Shown piece after piece: positions 18,030-27,314 of a stretch of DNA of 64,000 bases. The stretch comes from Pseudomonadota bacterium. Lineage in GTDB: Bacteria; Pseudomonadota; Alphaproteobacteria; Sphingomonadales; SMXR01. The notes under the pieces are model-generated. The model was not told the origin of the DNA. It made no database searches and saw only the letters and a program-made list of their open reading frames with translations. The stretch's first letter is position 1; every line of letters begins with the position of its first letter. The DNA lies in NCBI GenBank assembly GCA_022574255.1, contig JACZSK010000003.1, forward strand, positions 7,270 to 71,269, in the 5' to 3' direction. Position numbers and translations under genes: made by a program.

Positions 18030-19979
18030 ATGGAGGCCATGAAGTACCGCGCACTCGTAATATGTCTTGTTTTGTCAGTGTTTTGCGCCGAAGGAATTTT
18101 TGTTCCGCGCGCCATGGGCGCAGACGATACGGCGCCTGTACGAACCATCTGGCGCCTTCTTGACTATATCGCCGTGGACTACGCGGGCGCCGTGCGGGAC
18201 AGCCGCGTCATCAATGACCTTGAATATACCGAGATGACCGAGTTTGCGGCCTCGGTACGAACGCGCATTTCGGGCTTGCCACCGAATGAAGCGCTGCCTG
18301 ACCTTGGCACACAGGCTGAAGAACTTGAAGCGGCGATCAGCGAGAAGTCCGCCCCGGACCGGGTCGCGGCGATCGCGCGCCAACTGGCGGACCAGCTGCT
18401 TGTTGCGTTTCCAGTTGTCTTTGCGCCAACCTCGCCGCCCGATCTGGCGCGCGGCGCGGCGCTTTATGCCAGGCATTGCGTGGCATGCCATGGCCCCACA
18501 GGGGGCGGCGATGGTCCGCTGGCATCGGACCTTGAGCCGTCTCCTACCGTCTTCACCGACCGCAGCAGGGCCCGCGAGCGCAGCCTGTTCGGTCTTTTCC
18601 AGGTTATCGATCAGGGGTTGGACGGAACCGCCATGACAAGTTACGCAAACCTCGATGCCGATGATCGTTGGGCCCTGGCCTTTTATGTCGGCGGCTTCGC
18701 CTATCCCGAGGCGGACCAGGAGGCAGGCGCAGAATTATGGCAATCCGACCCCCGGATCGTTGCCGCCCTTCCCGACCTTGAGGCGGTAACCCGCATCATG
18801 CCAAGCTCCTTGGCCCTGCGTATTGGCGAAGATGACTCGGTCGCCCTGACTTCCTACTTGCGTCGCCATCCAGACGCAGTTGCGCACCGCTCAGGCGGCT
18901 CTCTGACCCTGGCCAAGACCAGGCTGGTCGAGAGTCTTGCCGCATATCGATCCGGCGATAAAGGGCTGGCCACCGATCTTGCGCTCTCCGCCTATCTGGA
19001 TGGCTTCGAGCCGGTCGAGCCGGCGGTGGCGGTGCGCGACGGTGCCCTGATGCGCGACATCGAGGGCGCGATGATCGAACTGCGCGCCCGCATCAAGCGG
19101 GGCGCCCCCGTCGCAGAGGTAGAAGCCCAGATCGGAGATTTGACGCGCCTGCTTGAGGCGGCGGAGCGCGTGCTTTCTTCCGGGGAATCGAGCCGCAGCT
19201 CAAGCTTCATCGGCGCTTTCACGGTCCTCCTGCGCGAGGGCATCGAGGCGCTTCTTATTGTTGTTGCCATGATCGCCTTTCTCAGGAAGGCCGACCGGCG
19301 CGACGCCCTGCCTTATGTGCATGGCGGCTGGCTGGTGGCGCTGGCCGCCGGTGTCCTCACCTGGTTCGCGGCCACTCATTTCGTATCAATCAGCGGCGCC
19401 AGCCGGGAACTGACGGAAGGCATCGGGGCGCTTCTGGCCGCTGTTGTGCTCGTTTCCGTCGGCATCTGGATGCATGGCAAAAGCCATGCCGACGCCTGGC
19501 AGAAATATATCAGCGAAAAGATGTCCCATGCCCTGTCGCGGCAATCCCAGTGGTTCCTGTTCCTGCTCGCCTTTGTCGTCGTCTACCGCGAGGTCTTCGA
19601 GACTATTCTTTTCTTCATGGCGATGTGGGGTCAGGGCGACCGCATCGCGATTATCGCCGGTGCCGGCGCGGCAACCGGGGCGCTGGCGCTGACCACATGG
19701 GCCATGCTGCGCTATAGCCGCCGCCTGCCGATCACCCAGTTCTTTCTCTATAGCTCCCTGCTGATCGCGGTGCTGGCAGTCATTCTGGCGGGCAAGGGTA
19801 TCGCCGCCATACAGGAGGCTGGTTGGCTGGACGTACGGCCGGTAGCTGGTGAGCCGCGGATCGAAATATTGGGGCTTTTCCCCACATGGGAAGGCATTGC
19901 CGCCCAATTCCTGACCCTTGCCGTTCTCGTCGGGGCTTTCTGGATGAACCGCAAGCCGCCGCCGAAGGCGGCATCCTGA
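18030..19979 (+). CDS. Cytochrome c / FTR1-family iron permease fusion protein
   Basis: Signal peptide, then a ~400-aa periplasmic region with one haem motif (CVACHGPTGGGDG). The C-terminal polytopic FTR1 domain has two REXXE motifs (LLREGIEALL, YREVFETILF). ATG 18039 is an alternative start. Confidence 0.8.
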   Translation: MEAMKYRALVICLVLSVFCAEGIFVPRAMGADDTAPVRTIWRLLDYIAVDYAGAVRDSRVINDLEYTEMTEFAASVRTRISGLPPNEALPDLGTQAEELEAAISEKSAPDRVAAIARQLADQLLVAFPVVFAPTSPPDLARGAALYARHCVACHGPTGGGDGPLASDLEPSPTVFTDRSRARERSLFGLFQVIDQGLDGTAMTSYANLDADDRWALAFYVGGFAYPEADQEAGAELWQSDPRIVAALPDLEAVTRIMPSSLALRIGEDDSVALTSYLRRHPDAVAHRSGGSLTLAKTRLVESLAAYRSGDKGLATDLALSAYLDGFEPVEPAVAVRDGALMRDIEGAMIELRARIKRGAPVAEVEAQIGDLTRLLEAAERVLSSGESSRSSSFIGAFTVLLREGIEALLIVVAMIAFLRKADRRDALPYVHGGWLVALAAGVLTWFAATHFVSISGASRELTEGIGALLAAVVLVSVGIWMHGKSHADAWQKYISEKMSHALSRQSQWFLFLLAFVVVYREVFETILFFMAMWGQGDRIAIIAGAGAATGALALTTWAMLRYSRRLPITQFFLYSSLLIAVLAVILAGKGIAAIQEAGWLDVRPVAGEPRIEILGLFPTWEGIAAQFLTLAVLVGAFWMNRKPPPKAAS

Positions 19980-20057
19980 AGGGACGGCATACCGGGCATT
20001 GTTATTCTCGATAGCCGCTTGAGTTTGCGGGGAGTGGGGTGCTAACAAGGTACTATT

Positions 20058-21095
20058 ATGGCACGGGTGGCACGAACACGAGCAACACTCAGGGACGTGG
20101 CGGAGCGCGCGGGCGTGCATTCGTCCACCGTTTCACGGGTCCTTAATCCGAAAACCAGACCGATGGTGTCGGAGACCGTTGCGGCGCGGGTGCTGGAGAT
20201 CGCCAACGACATGGGATACCGGGCGAACCCGTTCGCCCTGAGCCTGAAAACCAATCGCTCCTTTACCGTCGGCGTTCTTATTCCCGACATTACCAATCCG
20301 GTTTTTCCACCTATTATCCGCGGCATTGAAAAGGTGCTGGGCCCGGCCGGATATACCACAATCCTGGCCGATTCCGACGAAGACCCGGATATTGAGCAGG
20401 GCATTCTGGATCGCATGCGCGCCCGGCAGGTGGACGGTCTCATTCTCGCCACCGCGCATCGCGCCGACCAAGTGGTTGAGGAATGCGAGGCCGACGGCAT
20501 CCCATTTGTCCTGATCAACAGGACGATGGCGGGCGAGGGCATTTATTCGGTCACCAACGATGATTTTGGCGGCATAGCGATGGCGGTGGACCATCTTGCC
20601 GATCTCGGACATCGGCGTATTGCGCATTTGGCCGGTCCGCAGGATTTATCGACCGGGTTCGAGCGCCATCGCGGATATCTGGAGGCCATAAAAGCGCGCG
20701 GACTGGAGATCGATCCGGAACTGATTTTTGTTTGCCGGGCCTTCACCGAGGAACAGGGCAAGACCGGCCTCGAAGCCCTGCTCGATTCGGCCAAGCCTTT
20801 CACGGCGGTAATCGCCGGCAACGATATGCTGGCACTCGGCTGCTATGACGCGCTGGAGGACCGGGGTCTGCGCTGCCCGGAGGATATGTCGGTGACCGGC
20901 TTCAACGATATGCCGTTTGTCGATAAATTCAGGCCGCCTATGACAACTGTGCGAATCCCGCATTACGAAATGGGCAATGCCGCAGCGAATATTCTTCTCA
21001 GCCTTCTGGAAGGCGAAGACGAAGAGCCGCCAAAATCAGTGTGCCAGACGCTGGAGTTGATTGTGCGCGGTTCTACGGCGAAAGCGCGCGACTGA
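20058..21095 (+). CDS. LacI-family transcriptional regulator
   Basis: N-terminal HTH (ATLRDVAERAGVHSSTVSRVLN), then a periplasmic-binding-protein-like sugar-binding fold (VDGLILA...IAHLAGP...RGYLEA...AVIAGNDMLALG). Confidence 0.9.
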   Translation: MARVARTRATLRDVAERAGVHSSTVSRVLNPKTRPMVSETVAARVLEIANDMGYRANPFALSLKTNRSFTVGVLIPDITNPVFPPIIRGIEKVLGPAGYTTILADSDEDPDIEQGILDRMRARQVDGLILATAHRADQVVEECEADGIPFVLINRTMAGEGIYSVTNDDFGGIAMAVDHLADLGHRRIAHLAGPQDLSTGFERHRGYLEAIKARGLEIDPELIFVCRAFTEEQGKTGLEALLDSAKPFTAVIAGNDMLALGCYDALEDRGLRCPEDMSVTGFNDMPFVDKFRPPMTTVRIPHYEMGNAAANILLSLLEGEDEEPPKSVCQTLELIVRGSTAKARD

Positions 21096-21109
21096 TTCCG
21101 GACATGATT

Positions 21110-22351
21110 CTAGACCAGTTCCGCTGACCAGTCAGTCCCCTCGATAATTTCCCTGAGGCGGCTCAGGAACGCCGCCGCATAGGCGCCGTCCACCGCCCTG
21201 TGGTCAAAAGACTGCGCCAGCACGCCGATGGGGCGCACGGCAATCTCGTCGCGTTCCAGCACTACGGGTTTCCTGCCGATTTTATCGACCGACAGAATAG
21301 CCACCTGCGGCTGGTTGATGACTGGCGTCGTAAACAGGGTTCCGAAGGAGCCGTTATTGGAAATGGTATAGGTGCCGCCGGTCACCTCGTCGGGGGTCAG
21401 TTTGCCATTGCGGGCGGCCCCGGCCAGGCGGTTTATCTCGCGCGCCAGATCGGCGACTGATTTCAACCCGGCGTCCCTGATCACTGGCGCCACCAGCCCT
21501 TCGAAATTCAGATCCACGGCCACCGCCAGATTGATGTCCCGGTGAAGTTTCAGTCCGTCTCCCTCAACGGTGGCGTTGATATTCGGGTAGTCTGCAATGG
21601 CCAAACAAATGGCGCGGGCAATGAAGGGCAGGTAGGTCAGCGAAAATCCCTGTTCTTCCTTCCAGGCGGCGCCATGGGCGCTGCGGGCGGCGTCGACAGT
21701 GTGGAAATCTATTTCAATGGCTTGTGTCACATGGGCGCTGGTCGCCAGCGAGCGCAGCATATGATCGCCCGTAAGTTTGCGAATCTTGGTGAAGGGTTTG
21801 AAATCGCCGGTGCTCCCGGCACCGCCATCTTTACCGCCTTCAACCCCGGCATCGCCCTCAACCCCGGCACCGCCCTCAACAAAGGCCAGAACATCCTGCT
21901 TGGTGATGCGGCCGCCGCCGCCACTGCCTGTTATTTGATCGGCGCTGAGATTATGCCGGGCCAGCAGCTTGCGCACCACCGGCGATAACCGCGCCTCCTT
22001 GTCACGGGGCGCGGCCTCTACTTTTGCTGCTGGGGCTGGGGTTGGGGCTGCGGCTTCAGGTGCAGTTGCCGGCTCTACTGCGGGCGCGGCCTCATCGGTC
22101 TCGCCGTCTGCTTCATCACCCTCGCTGGCGATCACCGCCAGGACTGTTCCCACATCCACGGTCTCGCCCTCGCCGACCAGAATCTTGCTGAGAATACCGG
22201 CCTTCAGCGCCGGCACTTCCGTGGTCACCTTGTCGGTCTCGACCTCGAACAGGGTCTCGTTTTTTTCGACTGGGTCGCCGGGTTTCTTGAACCATTCGGT
22301 GACCGTTCCCTCTTCGACGGTCTCGCCCAGTTGGGGCATCAATACATTCAT
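21110..22351 (-). CDS. Dihydrolipoamide acyltransferase (E2) of a 2-oxoacid/acetoin-type dehydrogenase complex
   Basis: One lipoyl domain (EVETDKVTTEVPA), a Pro/Ala linker, a peripheral-subunit-binding domain (SPVVRKLLARHNL...GSGGGGRITKQDV), and a catalytic domain with SFDHRAVDGA. Confidence 0.9.
   Translation of the reverse strand: MNVLMPQLGETVEEGTVTEWFKKPGDPVEKNETLFEVETDKVTTEVPALKAGILSKILVGEGETVDVGTVLAVIASEGDEADGETDEAAPAVEPATAPEAAAPTPAPAAKVEAAPRDKEARLSPVVRKLLARHNLSADQITGSGGGGRITKQDVLAFVEGGAGVEGDAGVEGGKDGGAGSTGDFKPFTKIRKLTGDHMLRSLATSAHVTQAIEIDFHTVDAARSAHGAAWKEEQGFSLTYLPFIARAICLAIADYPNINATVEGDGLKLHRDINLAVAVDLNFEGLVAPVIRDAGLKSVADLAREINRLAGAARNGKLTPDEVTGGTYTISNNGSFGTLFTTPVINQPQVAILSVDKIGRKPVVLERDEIAVRPIGVLAQSFDHRAVDGAYAAAFLSRLREIIEGTDWSAELV
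21837..21880 (-). repeat. 18-bp in-frame tandem repeat (2.4 copies) in the E2 linker
   Basis: CCTTCAACCCCGGCATCG / CCCTCAACCCCGGCACCG / CCCTCAAC on the + strand. On the minus strand it encodes VEGGAG-VEGDAG-VEGG. Confidence 0.8.
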
Positions 22352-22367
22352 TATCCGTTCCGTCTTG

Positions 22368-23825
22368 TTACCAGCTCACCGCGATATATTTTTTCTCGAG
22401 GAATTCCATCATGCCGTCGTGGGCGCCTTCGCGGCCTATGCCCGACTGCTTGGTGCCGCCGAAGGGTGCGGCGGGGTCCGACACCACGCCCTTGTTGAGA
22501 CCGATCATACCGGCATCAAGCCGCTCGGCGATGGCAAGACCCTTGGCCAGGTCGCCCGTATAGAGATATGCGATGAGGCCGTATTCGGTATCGTTGGCGC
22601 GGGCAACGGCTTCGTCAACGCTGTCGAAGGCGATGATCGGTGCCACCGGCCCGAATATCTCGTCATTCAGGATGAGTGCGTCGTCGCTCACATCGGTCAG
22701 CACCGTGGGCTGGAAAAAGTGACCCACGCCTTCTTGCTGTCCGCCCCCGGTGACCACTTTTGCGCCCTTGCCAACGGCGTCATCGACCAGCGCCGAAATA
22801 TCCCGGCAAGCAGCCGCATTGACCATGGGGCCAAGATCGGTTCCATCATCGAGGCCGGGGCCGACTTTGAGCGCCTCCATGGCGGCGGCGAATTTCTTCG
22901 CGAATTCCTCCACCACCGGGGCCTCGACGAAAAATCTGTTGGCGGCTGTGCAGGCTTCGCCACCGTTGCGCATCTTGGCGACCATGGCGCCCTCGACCGC
23001 GGCGTCGATATCGGCGTCGGCGAAGACCAAAAATGGCGCGTTACCGCCCAGCTCCATGGAGCAATTGACCACCGATTTGGCGGCCTCGGCGAGCAGGATG
23101 CGCCCCACTTGGGTGGAGCCGGTGAAAGAGAGCTTGCGGCAGCGCGGGTCGGCAAGTATGGCGCTGCACACCGCGCCTGAACGCGACGACGGGATAACAT
23201 TGACCACGCCCGGCGGCACACCGGCTTCCTCAAGGATTTTTGCGATGGCCAGCGCCGTCAGCGGTGTCTCGGAGGCCGGCTTCAGGATCACGCTGCAGCC
23301 CGCCGCCAGCGCCGGGCCGATCTTGCGCGTGCCCATGGCCGCCGGGAAATTCCACGGCGTGATCAGCAGCGACACCCCCACCGGCTGTTGCAGCACCATG
23401 ATTTTGTTATTGCCCGAGGGCGCGGTGGAAAACTCTGAAATGTTCCTGACCGCCTCTTCCGCGTACCAGCGGAAAAACTCGGCGGCATAGGCCATCTCGC
23501 CCTGGGCGTCTTTCAGCGCCTTGCCGTTCTCGAGGGTAATCAGCTTCGCCAGATCATCCTTGCGGGCGATCAGCATTTCGAAGGATTTGCGCAATATCTC
23601 GGCGCGCTCGCGCGGGGCCCGCGCCGCCCAGTCGGGGCCGGCTTTATCTGCCGCCGCAACAGCCGCCAGGCCGTCTTCCTCCGAGGCGCTGGCAACGCTG
23701 GCGATCACCTCTTCCGTCGCCGGATTATAAACATCAATCGTTGCCCCGTCCGAGGCGTCGCGCCACTCTCCACCGATCAGCAGCCCGGTAGGCACATCGG
23801 CCAGAATTTCTTTGGTATCGGTCAT
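22368..23825 (-). CDS. gabD: NAD(P)+-dependent aldehyde dehydrogenase, succinate-semialdehyde dehydrogenase (GabD) type
   Basis: 485 aa. ALDH motifs FTGSTQVGR, ELGGNAP and GEACTAANR. The ATG overlaps the E1-beta stop (ATGA). Confidence 0.8.
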   Translation of the reverse strand: MTDTKEILADVPTGLLIGGEWRDASDGATIDVYNPATEEVIASVASASEEDGLAAVAAADKAGPDWAARAPRERAEILRKSFEMLIARKDDLAKLITLENGKALKDAQGEMAYAAEFFRWYAEEAVRNISEFSTAPSGNNKIMVLQQPVGVSLLITPWNFPAAMGTRKIGPALAAGCSVILKPASETPLTALAIAKILEEAGVPPGVVNVIPSSRSGAVCSAILADPRCRKLSFTGSTQVGRILLAEAAKSVVNCSMELGGNAPFLVFADADIDAAVEGAMVAKMRNGGEACTAANRFFVEAPVVEEFAKKFAAAMEALKVGPGLDDGTDLGPMVNAAACRDISALVDDAVGKGAKVVTGGGQQEGVGHFFQPTVLTDVSDDALILNDEIFGPVAPIIAFDSVDEAVARANDTEYGLIAYLYTGDLAKGLAIAERLDAGMIGLNKGVVSDPAAPFGGTKQSGIGREGAHDGMMEFLEKKYIAVSW

Positions 23826-24799
23826 CCGGCGGTCTCTCTAATGGTCTGGACAATTTTCTCGACGCTGGGGATGGTCGCATCCTCCAGGTTATCGGCCGCC
23901 GGCAGCGGTATGTGTGGCGTTGTAATACGCACAATCGGCCCGTCCAGATCGTAAAACAATTCTTCGGCCACCAGCGAAGATATCTCCGCCCCCCAGCCGC
24001 AGAGCCGGGGGTTTTCCTCCACCGTATAGAGCCGCCCGGTCTTCTCCACCTCGGCAAATATTGTCTGGGTGTCCAGCGGCACCAGGCTGCGCACATCAAC
24101 AACAGTGGCGGAAATGCCATGTTCGCTTTCCAGCAGCTCGGCGGCTTTCAACGCGCGCGGCACCATCAGCGCCAGCGCCACAATGGTCACGTCGCTGCCC
24201 TGGCGCAGCACCTTTGCCTTGCCCAGCTCGTCGACATATTCGCCGTCCGGCACTTCGCCCTTGGTCGCGTAAAGCGCCTTATGCTCGAAAAATATCACCG
24301 GGTCGGGGTCGCGCACTGCCGCGGCCAGCAGGCCTTTCACGTCCGCCGGGGTGGACGGCGCCACCACCTTCAGGCCGGGGATGGCCATGGCCCAGTTTTC
24401 AACGCTCTGCGAATGCTGGGCGCCGAAGCGTGATCCGCCACCATTGGCGGTGCGGATGACCAGGGGAATCTCGAACTGGCCGTTGGTCATATAACGGGTC
24501 TTGGCAATCTGGTTGGCGACGATATCCCAACAGACCGCCAGGAAATCCGAGAACATGATCTCGGCAATGGGGCGCATACCGGTCATTGCGGCCCCCATGG
24601 CGGCGCCCAGGATCGCCTGTTCGGCGATTGGCGTATCGCGCACGCGCTTCGGCCCGAATTCATCCAGCAGGCCGACCGTTGCCTTGAACACACCGCCCGC
24701 AGCGGCGACATCCTCGCCGATCAGCACTACATTCTCGTCACGCCGCATTTCCTGCGCGATGCCGGCGGCAACGGCCTCTCTATAGGTCAGTTTCGCCAT
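23822..24799 (-). CDS. 2-oxoacid (acetoin/pyruvate-type) dehydrogenase E1 component, beta subunit
   Basis: 325 aa. MAKLTYREA...GEDV...GGVF..T.GL...FG..RV.DTPIAE is the typical transketolase-like E1-beta pattern. Confidence 0.9.
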   Translation of the reverse strand: MAKLTYREAVAAGIAQEMRRDENVVLIGEDVAAAGGVFKATVGLLDEFGPKRVRDTPIAEQAILGAAMGAAMTGMRPIAEIMFSDFLAVCWDIVANQIAKTRYMTNGQFEIPLVIRTANGGGSRFGAQHSQSVENWAMAIPGLKVVAPSTPADVKGLLAAAVRDPDPVIFFEHKALYATKGEVPDGEYVDELGKAKVLRQGSDVTIVALALMVPRALKAAELLESEHGISATVVDVRSLVPLDTQTIFAEVEKTGRLYTVEENPRLCGWGAEISSLVAEELFYDLDGPIVRITTPHIPLPAADNLEDATIPSVEKIVQTIRETAG

Positions 24800-25806
24800 G
24801 CGCAGCCTCCATCGGCCCAGACATCCTTGTCGATTATATCCACAGACGGGATGGGCGAGGCCTTGGCCGTCTCCGTCGCTTCATCAACGGCGGCATCCAC
24901 TTCCGTTTCCATGGCCTCAATTACCTCTTCCCCTATGCCGAATTCCGCCAGCCTTGCGCGGTAGCTGGGAATGGGGTCGCGGGCCAGCCAGGCTTCGACC
25001 TCTTCCGGGGGCCGGTAGGTGCCGGGATCGGCGCGCGAATGGCCGTAATGGCGGTAGGTCTTGGCCTCGATCAGGCTGGGGCCGCCACCGTCGCGCGCAA
25101 GTTTGATAGCCTTCTGGGCGATGCGGTAGACCGCATCGGCGTCGTTGCCGTCAACAATGATTGATTCCAACCCATAGGCCGAAGCCCGGTCGGCGGCGGG
25201 ATGCTCCACGGGGACCACCTCGCCAATCGGCGTATATTCCATATAGAGATTGTTCTCGCAGACAAAGACGATGGGCAGCTTCCACACCGCCGCCATGTTC
25301 AGGGCTTCGTGAAAGGCGCCGATGGTGGTGGTGCCATCGCCGAAGAAACAGACCGTGACCTGGCTCGTGCCGCGATATTGCGCTGACCATGCCGCGCCCA
25401 TGGCGATGGGCAAGTGGGCGCCGATGATGGCATAGGAACCCATCACCCCGTGCTCCACGTCGGTGAGATGCATCGACCCGCCCTTGCCGCCCAGCAGCCC
25501 GCACTGGCGCCCCATGAGCTCGCCCAGCACGCCGGTCATCGAGGCGCCGCGGGCCAGCGTGTGGGCGTGGCCGCGATAGGTGCAAAAAGTGTAATCCTCG
25601 CTGTCCATGGCAACACCAAAGGCTGCGGCGATAGCCTCCTGGCCCACCGCCAGATGGCTGGTGCCCTTGACCAGGTTCTCGAGGAACATGTCATGGGCCC
25701 GGTTCTCCAACTGGCGAATTTCCAGTTGGCTGCGATACAGGCGAAGCCGCGTCTCCTCGCCGATATCGTCGTTATCGGGTGAAACATTATTCTGCTGGTC
25801 GTTCAA
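24787..25806 (-). CDS. 2-oxoacid dehydrogenase E1 component, alpha subunit (ThDP-dependent)
   Basis: 339 aa. ThDP motif region GDGTTTIGAFHEALNMAAVWKLPIVFVCENN. TTG start with an AAGGAG about 10 nt upstream. Overlaps the E1-beta start by 13 nt. Confidence 0.9.
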   Translation of the reverse strand: MNDQQNNVSPDNDDIGEETRLRLYRSQLEIRQLENRAHDMFLENLVKGTSHLAVGQEAIAAAFGVAMDSEDYTFCTYRGHAHTLARGASMTGVLGELMGRQCGLLGGKGGSMHLTDVEHGVMGSYAIIGAHLPIAMGAAWSAQYRGTSQVTVCFFGDGTTTIGAFHEALNMAAVWKLPIVFVCENNLYMEYTPIGEVVPVEHPAADRASAYGLESIIVDGNDADAVYRIAQKAIKLARDGGGPSLIEAKTYRHYGHSRADPGTYRPPEEVEAWLARDPIPSYRARLAEFGIGEEVIEAMETEVDAAVDEATETAKASPIPSVDIIDKDVWADGGCAWRN

Positions 25807-25890
25807 TGAACTGGCACTCCTTAGTGGTGCGGCAGTGGTGCGGCCAGACCTGTCCGGCAGGTCGCCCCAAAATGGTTCGTCTTGCGAGGA

Positions 25891-27210
25891 TCAATATTCG
25901 TTGGCGATGGGCAGGTCCTGGGCCGGGAACAGCGTTATCACCCGCGCGCCTGTTGCGGTGACCACGATCTCCTCCTCGATGCGCGCCGCCGAATAGCCGT
26001 CGCTGGCTGGGCAATAGGTCTCCAGCGCGAACACCATGCCTTCCTTGATCTCTTCCGGATGATCGAAGGAGACCAGACGCGAGATGATCGGGCGCTCGTG
26101 CAAGGCCACGCCGAGGCCATGGCCGAACTGCAGGGCGAAGGCCTCCATTTCGCTGTCGAAACCGAACTCCTGGGCCTTCGGCCATACCTTTGCGATTTCA
26201 GCGGTGCTGACGCCGGGCTTGACCATTTCAATGGCCTTGTCCAGCCATTCGCGGCACTGGACGTAAGCGTCCCGCTGCGAATCCGAGGCGAAACCCACGT
26301 TGAAGGTGCGGTAATAGCAGGTGCGATAGCCCATATAGGCCTGGATAATGTCAAAGAACGCCTGGTCGCCGGGCCGGATGATACGGTCGGTGAAGTTATG
26401 GGGATGCGGGTTGCCGCGCTCTCCCGAGACCGCATTGATGGCTTCCACATCGTCGGAGCCCATCTCGTAGAGCATCTTGTTGGCCTTGGCGACGATATCG
26501 GATTCGCGCACGCCCGGTTTCAAATCCTCGTAGATCATCTGGTAGACGCCATCGACCATGGCCGCCGCCATGTTCAGCAGGATGATCTCGTCCATCGACT
26601 TGACCTCGCGGGCGTCGAGCATGACCTGCTGGCCGTCGCGCACCTCAATGCCCAGCTTCTGCAACTCGAAAAGCATCGGCGGCTCGACAATATCAAGGCC
26701 CAAAGGCATGTCGGCGACGCCCTGCTCGACCATCACGGCTTTAATTTCTTCCGCGGCCCCGCGCATCAGACCGGCGTCGGGCGGCACCGTGCCCCTGAGA
26801 CCGATCATGCCGGCGTGGCAGCAACCCGGTTGCAGCCAGGGCGAATGAATGCGGTGGTGAGCAGCGGCCGAGCCGAAATCCCAGAGATGCGGCTCACCGT
26901 TGCCGGTCAGCAGCGCGAAGCGTGCCACCTTGTCGCGCGCCCATTCGCCGATGGTGGTGGATGTAATGTAGCGGATATTGTTGTTGTCGAAACACAGCAC
27001 CGCGCCCAGATCCGAATCCTGCAGCGCCTTGCGCGAGCGCGCCAGCCGGTAATCATGGAGCCGCCGAAAATTGACGCGCTCCTCGAAATCGACGGCCTGA
27101 CCGCCGGGTGAGGGTATGGCGCCCCGCCAGTCGTGCCGGGGGTCGATCATATCGGGCATTATAATTCGGGGCTCGGAAATGCGCTTGTCCATGGGTTTGA
27201 CCTTGTTCAT
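25891..27210 (-). CDS. M24-fold (creatinase/prolidase/DddP-like) hydrolase, substrate unknown
   Basis: Pita-bread fold motifs: GDQAFFDIIQAYMGYRTCYYRTF, FGHGLGVALHE, GMVFALETY, RIEEEIVVT. The track start is TTG 27285; the in-frame ATGs are 27225, 27210 (GAGG 5 nt upstream) and 27192. Confidence 0.75.
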   Translation of the reverse strand: MNKVKPMDKRISEPRIIMPDMIDPRHDWRGAIPSPGGQAVDFEERVNFRRLHDYRLARSRKALQDSDLGAVLCFDNNNIRYITSTTIGEWARDKVARFALLTGNGEPHLWDFGSAAAHHRIHSPWLQPGCCHAGMIGLRGTVPPDAGLMRGAAEEIKAVMVEQGVADMPLGLDIVEPPMLFELQKLGIEVRDGQQVMLDAREVKSMDEIILLNMAAAMVDGVYQMIYEDLKPGVRESDIVAKANKMLYEMGSDDVEAINAVSGERGNPHPHNFTDRIIRPGDQAFFDIIQAYMGYRTCYYRTFNVGFASDSQRDAYVQCREWLDKAIEMVKPGVSTAEIAKVWPKAQEFGFDSEMEAFALQFGHGLGVALHERPIISRLVSFDHPEEIKEGMVFALETYCPASDGYSAARIEEEIVVTATGARVITLFPAQDLPIANEY

Positions 27211-27298
27211 GACGGCCTCGGCCATCGCCTGCAATGCTGCGGACGCTGGAATATCAAGAGGCGTGATTAAACCATCATCGGGCAACTTGCAACGGCTT

Positions 27299-27314
27299 AT
27301 GCAAACGTTTGCAT
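27299..27314. promoter_or_regulatory. Operator-like palindrome copy 1: ATGCAAACGTTTGCAT (perfect 16-mer)
   Basis: Read directly. About 75-90 bp upstream of the M24/E1/E2 operon start. LacI/GalR-type layout with a central CG. Confidence 0.7.

Noticed and set aside
20058-21095. Asserting that the LacI-family protein is the cognate repressor of the ten palindromes and is autoregulated.
   Set aside because: No copy of the palindrome lies in its own upstream region (19980-20057). Adjacency alone is not proof. I kept this as a hypothesis in the findings and did not annotate it.
25882-27111. Long antisense ORFs in the track, including 25882-27111 (+, 409 aa), 34313-35710 (-, 465 aa), 52909-54300 (+, 463 aa), 15729-17030 (-, 433 aa), 21969-23180 (+, 403 aa), 33379-34485 (-, 368 aa), 29621-30514 (-), 60973-61833 (+), 1291-2085 (-) and 13254-14186 (-).
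   Set aside because: Each lies almost entirely inside a family-recognisable gene on the opposite strand. Their translations are Arg/Gly/Ala/Pro/His-rich and low in complexity, with no motifs and no SD. These are the typical shadow ORFs of high-GC DNA.
25891-27210. Calling the M24-fold proteins DMSP lyase DddP, or alternatively creatinase or ectoine hydrolase DoeA.
   Set aside because: Only the fold-level motifs are recognisable by eye. Similarity to my remembered DddP sequence is weak outside those blocks. No companion DMSP, creatine or ectoine genes are present. I therefore kept a generic M24 call.
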